From contig CBDCKN010000014.1 in assembly GCA_965218295.1 (NCBI GenBank), positions 107,770 through 171,769 on the forward strand: 64,000 nucleotides of DNA, read 5' to 3'. The notes beneath the pieces are model-generated. The model saw only the letters and a list, made by a program, of their open reading frames with translations, did no database searches and had not been told where the DNA came from. A program made the position numbers and the translations under genes. Source of the DNA: Longimicrobiales bacterium (GTDB lineage Bacteria > Gemmatimonadota > Gemmatimonadetes > Longimicrobiales > Gaopeijiaceae). Below are positions 9,962 to 20,461 of the stretch, in pieces. Numbering within the stretch: position 1 is the first letter of the stretch; each line of letters begins with the position of its first letter.

Positions 9962-10771
9962 CGGGAAGGGCCTCGTCCAGGAACCTACGGTCGCAGTCCA
10001 ACACCAGTCCGCGAGTCCGCGAGTAACCGTTCGGGCAAACCGTGGGCTCGACCTCCTGCGGGTTCGCCCTTGATGGCGACAGGGCAACCGACGAAGCGTC
10101 CCTCCTCCACCTCCATGAGGACGGGGGCAGGGAGCGGGCATGCGACACATGGTGTCGGACCGATACGGTCGCTTCGCCTACCGCGTGACAGGACTTCGCG
10201 GCTCGCGATCCCATGGGGTAAGATAACCCTCAACCGCCCGAGCCATCCGTGTGTAACTATTCAAACTGACCCACTACTTCGATCGTGTAGGTGGTCCCGT
10301 CGACCGCGAACGACGTCTGGCTGAGGCTCCCGTCGTCTGGACTGAAGCCGTAGACGCCCCAACCACCCCAGCCGCCGGACGGTTCCACCTGGCCAAGCGT
10401 CAGACAGGCGGTCAGATGGCGTTAGCGCTCGGGCGCGTGGCGATCCGGGGCCGACACGTCCGTTCAGTAAGCGTTCGGCGGGGTGACTAGAGGCGCCTCG
10501 CCAGTACGTTCCCGAACGCCCTCGCCGTCGCGACGAGATTCCAACCTTCGGGATCGCCACGTCGTCATCTGCCGGGTCTTCCTCAGCCCCGCGCGACGCC
10601 CAAGGGAGCACCCGTCACGGGTTCCGCGAACGTACCGTAAGCTCCCGTGTAAGCGCCCGCCAATTATACGGGATCACATACGATAGAAACGAGTCGGACC
10701 AGAAACTACTGCATCCATAACTAACTACAGGTCATATACTTATGATGACATAGGGACAGGATAGACAGACT

Positions 10772-10837
10772 GATCAACCGGCCACGGAGAGCGATGTCGG
10801 AGCGGAGGAACCCGACACCCCAGCGTCCACAGACTAG
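10772..10837 (+). pseudogene. attR core plus displaced original 3' end of the DUF151 gene (DQPATESDVGAEEPDTPASTD*)
   Basis: From GATCAACCG, 21 codons and TAG follow in the DUF151 frame. Confidence 0.8.
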
Positions 10838-10890
10838 TGTTCCGTTTCACGGATGCACCGTGCCCTCGACTGGCCGAGACACTTTGGTAA
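10835..10890 (+). repeat. MITE-like repeat, internally deleted copy
   Basis: tagtgttccgtt...ggatgcaccgtgccctcgactggccgagacactttggtaacg, shared with 40520-40610 and 42982-43147. Confidence 0.85.
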
Positions 10891-10948
10891 CGCGGGTCGA
10901 TCCCAAGTAGCGCTCGGCGCGCAGTGAGAGCCGGCTGACCGGCCCGGC

Positions 10949-11332
10949 TCAGAACTCCTCCAGCAGCTTCCTGGCCTTCTTAGGGTTGTCGCAGACGATG
11001 GCGATCTCGATGAGGTCGTCCGTGATCCCGGTGACGTAGAGCGCCTCGAGGTTGATCCCCGCATCGCCGAGTCGGTTCGTGACGGCAGCGAGCTCGCCCG
11101 GCTTGTTCTCGAGTAGCACGGCGTGCACTTCGCTCTCCTCGAAACGGATGTTCGCTTCCTGGAATGCGCGGCGTGCTACTTCGATGTCGTCGGGTATGAT
11201 GCGCGCGATCGCGTGGCCGCCGACACTGACTACCGCCAGTGCCCTGATGTTGGCACCGCGTCGCGCGAGCGCCTGCGCCACGCGAGCGAGATCGCCTGGG
11301 TGATGCGTCAGTTGGATCGAGCAGTCCTTCAT
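10949..11332 (-). CDS. tandem ACT-domain protein
   Basis: HHPGDLARVAQALARRGANI and ENKPGELAAVTNRLGDAGINL repeats. Confidence 0.85.
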   Translation of the reverse strand: MKDCSIQLTHHPGDLARVAQALARRGANIRALAVVSVGGHAIARIIPDDIEVARRAFQEANIRFEESEVHAVLLENKPGELAAVTNRLGDAGINLEALYVTGITDDLIEIAIVCDNPKKARKLLEEF

Positions 11333-11664
11333 GGTCCTCTCCTGTGAAGACAGCGGAAGATACCAACAAGAGCCTCAGGTGCATCGCGGCATGTCGAGGT
11401 CCGGCCTGCAGTACAAGCCGCATGTGGTAACGCCCGATGTTCATTCAATGTCCACCGGATGGTCGTCATACGCCATCCGCAGTACGGCCTCGTACGTATA
11501 TTCACGACATGAACATACGTATACTCTCCAAAGAACAACTAGGCCAGCATCCCAAGAAGCGATAGCTGCTGGCGCGATGAACTCGAGACTCGCGCCTTTC
11601 TCTTGCGATCACCATACTTGGTCGCGCAGCCCGAGTGAGGCCAGCCCGGAGTCATTAGGCGGCA

Positions 11665-12895
11665 TGTACAGAGATGGTAATGACCTGACAGTTGGCCCTC
11701 GCCGGAGCTGTGTCTAGGCTGCCTTCGTCTTAGCCTCCTCCTTCCTGGCCTTTGCGGCCTTCCTGGCGTCGGTGAGACCGGCCTTGAAGACCTGATAGGG
11801 CGTGCGGCCCTCCATGGCTCGACCGCGGTGCGGCCGCTTCCGGTTGTAGGTCTCCAGATACGCCTCGAGGTCCTGCTGCATCTCCTCGACGGTCTCGTAC
11901 CAGGTGGTGCGGCCCTTCACCCTCAAGTGCTCGTCGAGGAGCGTGCGGTGGAAGCGCTCGATGAAGCCGTTGGACTGGGGCCTGCCCACCTTCGTCGTGC
12001 GGTGCTCGATGTCCTCGAGCTGAAGGAACAGCTCATATGGGTGACGGTCCGGACGGCCGCAGAACTCGCGGCCGTTGTCGCTGAGCACGGTCTTCACCCG
12101 GACCCGGTGCTCATCGAAGAACGGCAACACGTCGTTATTCATCACCTGCACCGCCGTGAGCGGGAGCTTGCTCGTGTAGAGCCGGCCCCAGGCGTAGCGG
12201 CTGAAGCAATCGAGCACGGTCTGCAGGTACACCTTGCCGACCCCCTTCAGCGTTCCGACGAAGAACGTGTCCACGGCGACGAGGTCGCCCGGGTAATGGA
12301 CTTCGATGTGGCGCTCCCGGAACTCGGGACTGAAGCGCTCCAGCAGCTCGATCTGCTCGTCGGTCAGCTTCAGCTTCCGTTCCCTGGCCGTCTCTTCGAG
12401 CCTGAGCAGCCGTTCGTGCTTCGTGGTGAGGCCATGCCGGCTCCACACGCCCCGTACGCCTCCTGAGCTCACCTGGATCCCTCCGAGCAGCAACTCGTCC
12501 GCGACCCGCTGAGCTCCGTGCGTCGGAGCCTCCAAGGCGTGGGCCAAGACCGCCTGCTCAATCTCTTCACTCACCCGGTTCGGGTGCGGTCCCTTCGGCC
12601 CCGGAAGCTGGTCGATCAGCCCCTCGGCCCCGTAAAGCTGGAAGTTCCTCCTGATCTCGTAGAACTGCTGCCGGCTGTAGCCCACGATCTTGCACGCCTT
12701 GCTCACGTTGCCGAGCTCCTGGGCCAACTGTAGCAGGCTCAGCTTGCGGCGCGCTATCTTCTCCCCCTGGACGGTGGTCATCTTCTCTCCCGTGCTAAGT
12801 GAGTGACTTCGACATCTCTCAATTAGCTCCGGCGAGGGCGGCTGGCCACCGTCCTCTCTCGTGGTCAACTGTCAGGTGAATACCGTCTCAGCACA
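11665..12895 (-). mobile_element. IS481 family element, copy 1 (1231 bp)
   Basis: TGT...ACA ends with ~33-bp imperfect TIR; flanks ggcggca/cacggca match only partly; same sequence as 59186-60416. Confidence 0.93.
11714..12781 (-). CDS. IS481 family transposase
   Basis: HTH N-terminus, rve core (VDTF, SDNGREF, PQSNGFIERFHRT); likely start MTTVQG. Confidence 0.93.
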   Translation of the reverse strand: MTTVQGEKIARRKLSLLQLAQELGNVSKACKIVGYSRQQFYEIRRNFQLYGAEGLIDQLPGPKGPHPNRVSEEIEQAVLAHALEAPTHGAQRVADELLLGGIQVSSGGVRGVWSRHGLTTKHERLLRLEETARERKLKLTDEQIELLERFSPEFRERHIEVHYPGDLVAVDTFFVGTLKGVGKVYLQTVLDCFSRYAWGRLYTSKLPLTAVQVMNNDVLPFFDEHRVRVKTVLSDNGREFCGRPDRHPYELFLQLEDIEHRTTKVGRPQSNGFIERFHRTLLDEHLRVKGRTTWYETVEEMQQDLEAYLETYNRKRPHRGRAMEGRTPYQVFKAGLTDARKAAKARKEEAKTKAA

Positions 12896-12943
12896 CACGG
12901 CACGATCCTCGGCCGAGCCAGAAAGGTGAGGGGGAGGGTATCG

Positions 12944-13510
12944 ATGCCCAAGTGGACATTCGAGCCAGGTCATACGGCAGCGGAGTTCCGCGCGCGGCAC
13001 ATGATGGTCAGCAACGTTCGCGGCGCCTTCAAGAACGTGCGCGGCACGCTCGACTTCGATCCGGCCAACCCAAAACTGTCATCCGTAGAGGCAATCATCG
13101 ATACGGCAGAGCTCTGGTCAGGCGAGCCCGAGCGTGACGCTCACCTGCGAAGTCCGGCCTTCCTCGACGTCGAGCGTTATCCGCAGATCACGTTCAAGGG
13201 GGATCAGGTAGAGGTGATCGGCGATCATGACTACGTGGTCAGCGGCGACCTCACGATCCGAGGAATAACTCGCGCGGTCCCTCTCAGAATCAAATACCTC
13301 GGTACATGGCCAACGCCCTGGTGGGAAGAGGAGGAGGGAGAATGGGTGAACAAGGGGCCGAAGTCACGGGCAGGCTTCCTGGCCGAGACCGAGATCAATC
13401 GTCACGACTTCGAAGTGAGTTGGAACGATACGATCGACAGAGGCGGCATCGTTGTCGGGGACACGGTACACATCACTATCGATGTTGAAGCGGTTCTCGA
13501 CGACGAATGA
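12944..13510 (+). CDS. YceI family protein
   Basis: WTFEPGHT..FRARHMMVSNVRG, RDAHLRS..FLDV, GDLTIRGIT. Confidence 0.92.
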   Translation: MPKWTFEPGHTAAEFRARHMMVSNVRGAFKNVRGTLDFDPANPKLSSVEAIIDTAELWSGEPERDAHLRSPAFLDVERYPQITFKGDQVEVIGDHDYVVSGDLTIRGITRAVPLRIKYLGTWPTPWWEEEEGEWVNKGPKSRAGFLAETEINRHDFEVSWNDTIDRGGIVVGDTVHITIDVEAVLDDE

Positions 13511-13653
13511 GCTGACCGTGCAGAGAGGTGATGAGGAGACTTTCACGGTGATCTCGGCTCATGGACGCGGTAATCTATCGCTTCGACGGGTTGACGAGGG
13601 TAGACTTCGGGCAGCAGTGACCTCATGCTCAGACGATCACAAGGAGGGTATCC

Positions 13654-14079
13654 ATGTGGGTAGGGCGACTCGTGGACCTCATCGAGGACCATGCGGATGA
13701 GTTGACCGATCGGCTCGTACGTAGGATGCGTGAAGATCCGCGGGCGACCGGTTACCACCGATTCGATGATGAAGAGCTGGGAGAGCGGGCCCGCGAAGTC
13801 TACTCCCACCTCGGGCGATGGCTCGGAGAGACCTCCGAGAGTGCCGTCGAGAGCGAGTACTTTCGTCTCGGCAAGATTAGGCGTGCGGAGGGGATACCGC
13901 TCTCCGAGGTGGTCATGGCGCTCCTCTTAGTCCGTCGCAATCTGTGGCATTTCGTCGAAGCTCAGGGCGCCGACACCAGCCTGGAGCTCCGACAGGAGCT
14001 CGACCTCGAGCTACTCGTGGTCCGTTTCTTCGACCGGGCCATTTTCCACACGGTACGGGGGTATGAGTCCGGGGGCTGA
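13654..14079 (+). CDS. RsbRD-N-like helical protein
   Basis: LGKIRRAEGIPLSEVV...FFDRAIFHTVRGYE pattern; good RBS. Confidence 0.6.
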   Translation: MWVGRLVDLIEDHADELTDRLVRRMREDPRATGYHRFDDEELGERAREVYSHLGRWLGETSESAVESEYFRLGKIRRAEGIPLSEVVMALLLVRRNLWHFVEAQGADTSLELRQELDLELLVVRFFDRAIFHTVRGYESGG

Positions 14080-14173
14080 CGGCGCCGTCTAACGGTTGGA
14101 ACCTTCCAAAACTTATGAGGCGATGATCTCGTAGTGTGGATGGGTTGACGATACACTGGACCGTGAGAGGCTC

Positions 14174-14485
14174 ATGTCACCGCGGAAGACTATTCTCAGG
14201 GAGCTGGACCAGCTTCACGACGGCGAAGGTGCCGGACGCTACACGCGACCGAGCGCAATGCCCGGATACGGCGGCAAGGCTGCCAAGTATCAGGAAGCCG
14301 TCAACGGACTGCTGAAAGACCGCCTCATCGACGGGAAGAAGGATGAGGAGGGTCGCATGGCTGTCGCTCTGAATCCCCATCGAATCGCTGAAGTGCGCAA
14401 GGAGCTTCGGCCCTGGTTCACCCGGCCGATGACCTGGTTGGTAGCGGTGGCGGCAGCGGGCCTGGTCGCCCCCTTCCTGATCTAG
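14174..14485 (+). CDS. hypothetical protein with C-terminal TM anchor
   Basis: ATG with GAGG RBS; hydrophobic C-terminus. Confidence 0.65.
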   Translation: MSPRKTILRELDQLHDGEGAGRYTRPSAMPGYGGKAAKYQEAVNGLLKDRLIDGKKDEEGRMAVALNPHRIAEVRKELRPWFTRPMTWLVAVAAAGLVAPFLI

Positions 14486-14518
14486 TGTCCCGTCCCAGAA
14501 GTTCGGAGACGGACACTG
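14483..14518. repeat. minimal MITE-like copy (ends only, hairpin)
   Basis: tagtgtcccgtcccagaagttcggagacggacactg, starting at the TAG of the upstream gene. Confidence 0.65.
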
Positions 14519-14557
14519 AAGGGCCCCGCCACGAGGCCTCTCGGCCCGTTGGCCGGC

Positions 14558-15681
14558 TCAGCAATTCACGAACTCGTGCCCCTTCGGCATCAGCCGGAAG
14601 GGGATCTCGTCCCACATTCCTGTCAGTTTCGGTCGTAGCGTATCCAGGACTTCGCGGTCCGGAGCGAACACCAGCACGCTGCCCCCGCCTCCAGCCCCCA
14701 TCGGGAATGCCTCGGCGCCGAGTGCGGCGGCGTGCTCGCCCAGCGCCTCGGCCCCGGCCATGTAGGGTGGCACGAGATCGACCCGCACCTGCCTGAATCC
14801 GCGAATGCTCTCGAGCACGCGCTCCCAATCACCTAGGCGCAGCCCCTCACGGTACTCGTAGGCGTATCCCGGGAGCTCCGTCAGTCGTGGGAAGGACTCC
14901 TCGTCGCGGAGCATGCCGCGCCAGGTCTGGTTGACGGTGGAGCTGAACCGCGTCTTCCCGGTATGGAAGACCGCCATGCGTTCCTCCAAAGCTTGGTATT
15001 CGTCAGGCGGGACGAGCTCGTAACGCACGGACGTACCGAGGCCCTGGCGAGGCTGCCCCGGGATCCCCCACGGCAACCAGACGTAGTCCACGACGCCACC
15101 CCAGACCACGTTGGACTGTTCCTGGGTGCCGGTGAGACTGGTGCCCAGATCCTGCTCGAGACGTGAGGCCAGAGCCACGATCTGGGGTCCATCCATGGGG
15201 TCGCCGGCCAGGCGATTGGCCAGGAGGCACACCCGGTCATGGCCGTTGCCGAGCCCCCGAGGTCCGCCGACAAGAGCCCCGGGCGCAGGCTATGGAGATG
15301 AAAGGCCACGCCGCTCACGCCGAAGGCATCGGCCGCTTTAACGAGCCAGTTTTCCTGCGTTGCCGCGACTTGCCCGGCCCGCGCTACCACCTCCGTGCCA
15401 TACTCGGACGAGCGGACTGCGATCATGTCGGTTTCGTAGGGGTGGACTTCGACCCGCGATCCCGTGTCGATGGTCAGGCAGATGGTGCGGGGAAGCGCTG
15501 CGCTCCACGCTGCGGTGGGGTCGGAGTGCGGATCGTCGGGCCAGATCGGAGGTCGCCACAGCCCCTGCTGGAACTCACGCATGTCCAGGGTGGAGCCCGG
15601 TCCGTCGATGCGGTGGCGGGCGATGATCGTGGGGAGCTCACCCTTCTCCTGGGCGGCCTGAAGCCGGGCACGCAGGTCCAA
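14558..15681 (-). CDS. GHMP-kinase-like protein; apparent frameshift near 15232
   Basis: SADLGGSA loop, GTQEQ, C-terminal MGAGGGG; ORFs 14881-15681 and 14558-15232 join at a G run. Confidence 0.7.
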
Positions 15682-15693
15682 GGGGCGAAGGGC

Positions 15694-17079
15694 CTAAGGA
15701 AAGTAGGTGGGCTCGCTGGCCATCCAGCCCGTATTGCCACCGGGGGACTGCACGTACAGGAATCCCTCGAAAATCCCCAGCACCGACACGCCCGTGCCGG
15801 CCTCCACAGCCTCCATCATCGGCGCGCTGTCACTGGGACCGCTCACCAACGCGGAGGTCTGTGCCACGACCTGGCTCCGAAGAGGCTCACTCACGGCCTC
15901 GGTGAGGCGAGCGGCCACAAACCCGGCCTGTCCGTCCGGGAGGCGTACCCGATACCAGGGCCCGGCAGCTGCCAGGACTCGCACGGGGGTGTGCTCCTCG
16001 AGCTCGACCACAACCGTGGCTCGACGGCTGGGCCCCCCTCTCAACCGGATCCCTTCGTTGACCGTTCGGGTCCATGCGCCCAGATGGTCCAAGGGAGCGG
16101 AGGTCGCCACCAGGTCCTGGGAGGGCTTGTAGAGGAAGTAATACGGGTCCACCGGTCCCTCTCTCCGCCGGTACACCCCGAAGTGGAGGTGCGGCGCGGT
16201 GGTTCGGGCGTTGCCGGTGTTGCCCACGAACCCGAGGAGGGTGCCCTTGGTGACGCGCTCCCCCGATCGTACGACCTGGCTGTCGAGGTGAGCGTAGTAG
16301 ATCGAGTTGGGCTCCTCGGAGTCGCGGACCCAGACGACCTTGCCGCCGATGTCGGTGTCCCGGACGCGAGTGACGCGGCCCTCCGTGGCGGAGTGGACGG
16401 GCGTGCCCTTGGGTGCGAAGATGTCCACGCCGTGATGGCTGCGCCGTCCGGCCTCCCGGTCGGCACCGAAGACGCTCAGAATGGCCCGGTTGTTGCGGCC
16501 CTCTACAGGGAAGGCCATGGATGCTTCGGCCCTCAGGACTATGCGGTAATGGCCCCCTCGGAGGAGCTCGGGTTGCAGGCGGACCACGTAGCTGGCGCCA
16601 CGGCTCGCCACGTACTCCACCATCCCCCGAACCGAGTCAGAGGAGAGTACCGGCAGTGGAGCCCGCTCTGGGGTGCTCTGCATTCGGTAGACGTCCACGA
16701 ACAGCCTGGTAGGCTCACCGCCGTTCAGCTCCACGTCGATGGAGAGACGCTGACCCCGCCTGAGCTCCACCAGATAGCTTCTGGCGTCCGGTGACTCGGG
16801 AAAGAGGAAGCCCTCCTCTTCGAAGGGAAGCCCGACCGTAGGGGCTTCGTCGAGGGCGCGGGCCGCCGCCTCCGACCACGCCGTGCCCAGGGCGGTCTCG
16901 GCCAGACCTACGGCGCGAAGAGACTCGAAATACGCTTCATGAGGCGTCAGATCGCGGAACTCGTTCCGGATCTGATCGACCTGCTCGCAGGCGGAAATGA
17001 AGAGTAGGACGCCAAGGATCCCGCCGCCACGACACGACCACACCCCGCCCCATCCCCTTCGATAGCGCTCAGTCCTCAT
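15694..17079 (-). CDS. M23 peptidase lipoprotein with C-terminal SH3-like domains
   Basis: LFISAC lipobox, HHGVDIF, YYAHLD, TGNARTTAPHLHFG. Confidence 0.9.
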   Translation of the reverse strand: MRTERYRRGWGGVWSCRGGGILGVLLFISACEQVDQIRNEFRDLTPHEAYFESLRAVGLAETALGTAWSEAAARALDEAPTVGLPFEEEGFLFPESPDARSYLVELRRGQRLSIDVELNGGEPTRLFVDVYRMQSTPERAPLPVLSSDSVRGMVEYVASRGASYVVRLQPELLRGGHYRIVLRAEASMAFPVEGRNNRAILSVFGADREAGRRSHHGVDIFAPKGTPVHSATEGRVTRVRDTDIGGKVVWVRDSEEPNSIYYAHLDSQVVRSGERVTKGTLLGFVGNTGNARTTAPHLHFGVYRRREGPVDPYYFLYKPSQDLVATSAPLDHLGAWTRTVNEGIRLRGGPSRRATVVVELEEHTPVRVLAAAGPWYRVRLPDGQAGFVAARLTEAVSEPLRSQVVAQTSALVSGPSDSAPMMEAVEAGTGVSVLGIFEGFLYVQSPGGNTGWMASEPTYFP

Positions 17080-17238
17080 GCGCCCAATCCATGCGTTTTT
17101 CCCATTCGGCTTCCTTTCCTGCTCAACGATGTCCACCGCCTTCCAACGTGCGATGTCTACCGCCCTGTACCATAATTGGACGGAATTGTTGAGATTTCTA
17201 TGATTCTCGACATCCTTCCTGACCAGAGGGCCCCTTGC

Positions 17239-18525
17239 ATGGTACGAATCGCCGAGATCGAAGCCGGCAGCATTGCGGACGAACTCCACCTCGAGATCGG
17301 GACGCGCATCGTCCGGATCAACGGGCAGCGAGTCCGCGACGGCATCGATCTGACCTTCCTCCTGGCGGAGAGCGCCCTCGAGCTCGAGACCGTGAACCCG
17401 CACGGGGATGCGGTCTGCTACGAGATCGAGCGCGAGCCGGGGGAGCCCGTCGGCATCATCCCGGCACCCGACACGATTCGTGAATGTGCGAACAAGTGCG
17501 TGTTCTGCTTCATCGATGGGAATCCCAAGGATGTGCGTGACACACTCTGGCTCAGGGACGACGATTTCCGGCTCTCGTTTACGTACGGGAGCTACGTGAC
17601 GCTCACGAACCTGGGTCCCAGGGGGATGGAGCGCCTGGTTGAGCAACGGATCAGCCCGCTCTACGTGAGCGTGCACGCTACGGAGCCCGAGGTACGTGAG
17701 CGTTTGCTGGTCAACGAACGGGCCGGCCTCATCATGGAGCAGCTCCGGTTTCTGCTCAAGGGCGGACTCGAGGTCCATACCCAGGTCGTGCTCTGTCCCG
17801 AGTGGAACGACCGTGAGCACCTGGACCGCACCATCGACGACCTCTACGCGCTGGGGGAGGGCGCTCGGTCATTGTCGGTCGTGCCAGTGGGGCTCACGAA
17901 GTACAATCTGGGCCGCCCGGTCCGGCTCCTGACACGGGAAGAGGCCTTGGCGGCCATCGGACAGGTGGATCGCATTCGGCAACGGGCCCTTGAGGAGCGG
18001 GGCCGAGGTTGGTGCTACGCTGCCGACGAGATGTACTTGATCGCCGGCGGCGATTTTCCCCCGGACGAATACTACGACGAGGCCTCCCTCACGGAGAACG
18101 GGGTGGGTGCTATGAATCGCTTCGTGCGCGAGTTCGAGAAGGGACTGCCCCACGCGCCGGCCCTTCCGGGGCGTACGCTTCGCATCGTCACCGGACTGTC
18201 GATGGAGGGGCTGTTCCGGGAGAGGGCGCCGCGCCTGGCTGAGGCCACCGGAGCCCAGGTGGACGTGATCGGCGTGGTGAACGATTTCTACGGTGACAGC
18301 GTGACGATAGCCGGACTCCTCGGCGGTCGGGACATCGTACAGGCCGTGGGCGACACACGGGAAGACGAGCTAATGCTCCTGCCGGCCGAGGCGCTCAACG
18401 CCGATGACCTGTTCGTCGACAGCCTGCCGCTGGGAGAGGTTCGAGCCGCCCTGGCACCGGCGGACGTCGTGACCGGGTACGACCTCCTCGAGTGCCTCGG
18501 AAGCCTCTCGCAAGCGCACGCATGA
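17239..18525 (+). CDS. DUF512 family radical-SAM-like protein with PDZ domain
   Basis: CANKCVFC, DDDFRLSF, SVHAT, ENGVG; upstream of der. Confidence 0.9.
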   Translation: MVRIAEIEAGSIADELHLEIGTRIVRINGQRVRDGIDLTFLLAESALELETVNPHGDAVCYEIEREPGEPVGIIPAPDTIRECANKCVFCFIDGNPKDVRDTLWLRDDDFRLSFTYGSYVTLTNLGPRGMERLVEQRISPLYVSVHATEPEVRERLLVNERAGLIMEQLRFLLKGGLEVHTQVVLCPEWNDREHLDRTIDDLYALGEGARSLSVVPVGLTKYNLGRPVRLLTREEALAAIGQVDRIRQRALEERGRGWCYAADEMYLIAGGDFPPDEYYDEASLTENGVGAMNRFVREFEKGLPHAPALPGRTLRIVTGLSMEGLFRERAPRLAEATGAQVDVIGVVNDFYGDSVTIAGLLGGRDIVQAVGDTREDELMLLPAEALNADDLFVDSLPLGEVRAALAPADVVTGYDLLECLGSLSQAHA

Positions 18526-19838
18526 GTAGGACCTTGCCGGTGGTAGCCGTGGTGGGCAGGCCCAACGTGGGAAAGTCCACCTTTTTCAATCGCGTGATCG
18601 GCGGGCGCGTCGCCATCGTTGACGAGCGGCCCGGTGTCACGCGGGATCGGAATTTCAGCAAGGCCGACTGGGCCGGTCATCACTTCTACGTGGTCGATAC
18701 CGGAGGCGTGATCGAGGGCAGTGACGAGCCCTTGGATCGGGCGATTCGAGAGCAGGCATACGCTGCCGTGGCCGAGGCCCACGTCATACTCTTCCTCGTG
18801 GACGGCAAGGCCGGCGTCCATCCTCTGGACGAGCGCCTTGCGGAGATCCTCAGGAAGAGCGGCCCCCCCGTGCTGCTCGTCGTGAACAAGATGGACAACC
18901 TTCCCCGGGACCAGAGTCATCTGGACCTCTGGAGCCTGGGCATGGGCGAGCCAATTCCCGTGAGTGCCCTTTCAGGAAAAGGCTCGGGCGACCTCCTGGA
19001 TGCCGTGGTGGCCAGTCTTCCAGGGCAGGAGGACGTGGATGAGGAGGAGGGCGTGATCCGGGTAGCCGTGGTTGGAAAGCCGAACGTCGGGAAGTCGAGT
19101 TTCGTGAACCGGCTCTTCGGGGAAGATCGGGTGGTGGTGAGTGAGGTGCCCGGCACGACCCGGGATCCGGTGGATTCACTTCTCCAGTATCACGGCAAGA
19201 ACCTCGTTTTCGTGGACACGGCGGGGCTCCGCCGACAATCCAAGATCAAGGACTCGCTGGAGTACTATTCGGCCCTGCGGACGGCCAAGGTCGTGCGCGA
19301 AGCCGACGTGTGTCTCGTTCTCGTGGACGCCACCGAGCCCATTCACGTGCAGGACCTCAAGGTGGTCGAGCAGGCCTGGGAGGCGGGCGCGGGAGTGATC
19401 CTCGTAGCCAACAAGTGGGATCTGGTCGAGAAGGATCACCAAACCGCCCCGCAGTTCGAGAAGGATCTGAAAGAGCGGGCACCTTTCCTTCGATGGATTC
19501 CGGCGGTCTTCACCTCCGCTCTATCCGGTCAACGGGTCAGGAAGTGCCTCGACGTGATCCTCGAGGTCCAGGAGGAGCGGCACCGAAGGATCGCCACCGC
19601 CGACGTCAACGAGGCCCTGGCGGGACTGCTGCGCCACCAGCCACCTCCACACAGCCGGGGCCGTCGGGTGAAGATCCGATACGGGACGCAGGTCTCGGTC
19701 GCGCCTCCCACCTTCATCTTCTTCGCCAATCTCCCAAAGGCCCTTCCCGAGCACTACATTCGCTACGTCCACAACAACCTAAGAGATCGTTGGGGGTTCG
19801 TGGGGAGTCCCATCCGAGTCCGCTTCAGGGAGAACTGA
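18522..19838 (+). CDS. der: ribosome biogenesis GTPase Der
   Basis: Two GTPase domains (GRPNVGKS / GKPNVGKS, DTGG/DTAG, NKxD) and KH-like tail. Confidence 0.97.
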   Translation: MSRTLPVVAVVGRPNVGKSTFFNRVIGGRVAIVDERPGVTRDRNFSKADWAGHHFYVVDTGGVIEGSDEPLDRAIREQAYAAVAEAHVILFLVDGKAGVHPLDERLAEILRKSGPPVLLVVNKMDNLPRDQSHLDLWSLGMGEPIPVSALSGKGSGDLLDAVVASLPGQEDVDEEEGVIRVAVVGKPNVGKSSFVNRLFGEDRVVVSEVPGTTRDPVDSLLQYHGKNLVFVDTAGLRRQSKIKDSLEYYSALRTAKVVREADVCLVLVDATEPIHVQDLKVVEQAWEAGAGVILVANKWDLVEKDHQTAPQFEKDLKERAPFLRWIPAVFTSALSGQRVRKCLDVILEVQEERHRRIATADVNEALAGLLRHQPPPHSRGRRVKIRYGTQVSVAPPTFIFFANLPKALPEHYIRYVHNNLRDRWGFVGSPIRVRFREN

Positions 19839-19843
19839 CCTCC

Positions 19844-20461
19844 GTGAGTCCGTACGTCCTTCTCGCGCTGGCGTACGTCACCGGTGCGACCCCTACGAGC
19901 TACCTCGTCGGGAAGGGCGTGTACGGGACCGACCTGCGGACCGAGGGAAGCGGGAACCTGGGAGGCACGAACGCATTCCGGGTGCTCGGCTGGAAGGCGG
20001 CGCTTCCGGTCATCGTGATGGACATCTTGAAGGGCTGGTTCCCCGTGTGGTACTTCCCACAGATCCATGGTGACGCGCCCTGGACGTGGGCTCTGGCATA
20101 TGGCGGCGCGGCCATCGTCGGCCACGTGTGCTCCTTTTGGGTGGGCTTCAAGGGAGGGAAGGGGATCGCTACCAGCGGCGGCGTATTCATTGCGGTGGCG
20201 CCCATGGCGCTTCTCGCAGGTCTAGCGACCTGGCTGATGGTGGTGATCGGGACGCGCATCGCTTCCGTGGGCTCGCTGAGCGCAGCCTTGGTCGTGCCCG
20301 TGGTCGTCTACTTCACTCCGCACCAGGGTGGAGACATCACCTTTTGGTTCACAATAGGCCTGGCCCTGTTCGTGATCTGGTCCCACCGCTCGAATATCGG
20401 GCGGCTCCTCAGGGGTGAGGAGCAAGCGTTGCGGACACGGGAATCGGGAGGCTCGGCTTGA
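19844..20461 (+). CDS. plsY: glycerol-3-phosphate acyltransferase PlsY
   Basis: GSGNLGGTN, FKGGKGIAT, HRSNIGRL motifs. Confidence 0.95.
   Translation: MSPYVLLALAYVTGATPTSYLVGKGVYGTDLRTEGSGNLGGTNAFRVLGWKAALPVIVMDILKGWFPVWYFPQIHGDAPWTWALAYGGAAIVGHVCSFWVGFKGGKGIATSGGVFIAVAPMALLAGLATWLMVVIGTRIASVGSLSAALVVPVVVYFTPHQGGDITFWFTIGLALFVIWSHRSNIGRLLRGEEQALRTRESGGSA

Larger units (their letters stand above)
2818..10780. mobile_element. integrative (probably degenerate mobilizable) element, ~7.95 kb, bounded by the direct repeat GATCAACCG
   Basis: GATCAACCG at 2818-2826 and 10772-10780; integrase next to the left end; AT-richer ends share motifs acatacgata and tatacggg; in-silico excision restores the DUF151 frame. 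Confidence 0.85.

Noticed and set aside
6551..10150. 1199-aa minus-strand ORF
   Set aside because: Antisense shadow of the TonB receptor; only the last ~100 aa look like a real gene fragment.
10255..10278. attcaaactgacccactac, reminiscent of an IS terminus
   Set aside because: No partner end or transposase found in the window; family cannot be assigned from sequence alone.
2989..10771. Prophage or phage satellite
   Set aside because: No structural, primase or regulatory phage genes; the mobC/oriT-like remnant fits a mobilizable element better.
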